From: Acidimicrobiales bacterium
GTDB taxonomy: Bacteria; Actinomycetota; Acidimicrobiia; Acidimicrobiales; JAJPHD01
DNA: 25,143 bases
Reading direction: 5' to 3'
NCBI GenBank assembly: GCA_035643555.1
Contig: DASQQH010000508.1
Coordinates: 1 to 25,143, forward strand
The notes under the pieces are model-generated. The model did no database searches and was not told where the DNA came from. It saw nothing but the letters and a program-made list of their open reading frames with translations. Shown here in pieces: positions 24,769 through 25,143 of this stretch. Both the position numbers and the translations under genes were made by a program. Numbering within the stretch: position 1 is the stretch's first letter; every line of letters begins with the position of its first letter.

Positions 24769-25143
24769 GGTTCTCCTGACACGGGTTGGCCAGCCGGGGC
24801 CGGTACGCTACCCCGGCTTTGGAGAGGAAAGGGACGGACCACGCCGCCCCGCCCGGCTCCCCGGAGGACCCTGGGAACCGTCGCCCCTCGCCCCGCCCTA
24901 CCGGCCGACGACGCCGAGCGCTCGGCAGCGATGCATCCTCACGTCCCCTGCTCGTGACCGACGGTTGCGGGCCAGACGCTATCCCCGGGGCGGATGGGGC
25001 GCCAGACCCGAGATCGGGATCATCCGGGGGATGAGGCGCACGAGAGGACGGCCATGAGAACCGGCCCGGCCCGGCGTGCGAGCCGGGCCATGGTCCTCCA
25101 CCGGCGACCGCGGGCCTCGCCGTCCGGTCGGTCGAGCCTGACC

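Noticed and set aside
24820-25143. Known riboswitch or start of a new gene at the right edge
   Set aside because: No recognisable TPP, cobalamin, guanidine, Mn, fluoride or ZTP consensus. The ATG at 25054 opens only a short Arg-rich frame that cannot be judged within the window.

Overview
High-GC (mostly >70% by eye) actinobacterial DNA; Acidimicrobiia is a guess. No rRNA, tRNA or CRISPR array was seen. About 21 intact genes are present. They include a metal-response operon (ArsR/SmtB repressor, CTD-less CDF, His-rich CzcD-type CDF, SRPBCC protein), a divergent MFS / ChrB-N-domain pair followed by a YdhR-like protein with no chrA in the window, and a WYL regulator divergent from a TIGR03086 gene and flanked by two GNATs and DoxX. 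Also present are a DUF5808 protein, a second MFS, a class III aminotransferase, an acyl-CoA dehydrogenase homolog lacking the usual catalytic Glu, a beta-hydroxyacid dehydrogenase, two alpha/beta hydrolases and a DUF318 permease. Gene relics lie between intact genes: a Mo-hydroxylase large-subunit 3' part cut off by what may be an IS110-type right end, a sugar-porter C-terminus, a frameshifted TtuA/TtcA-family C-terminus, and possibly two decayed PIN/VapC genes. Most long ORFs in the track are GC-rich shadow frames. All family calls come from motif recognition by eye, not database searches.
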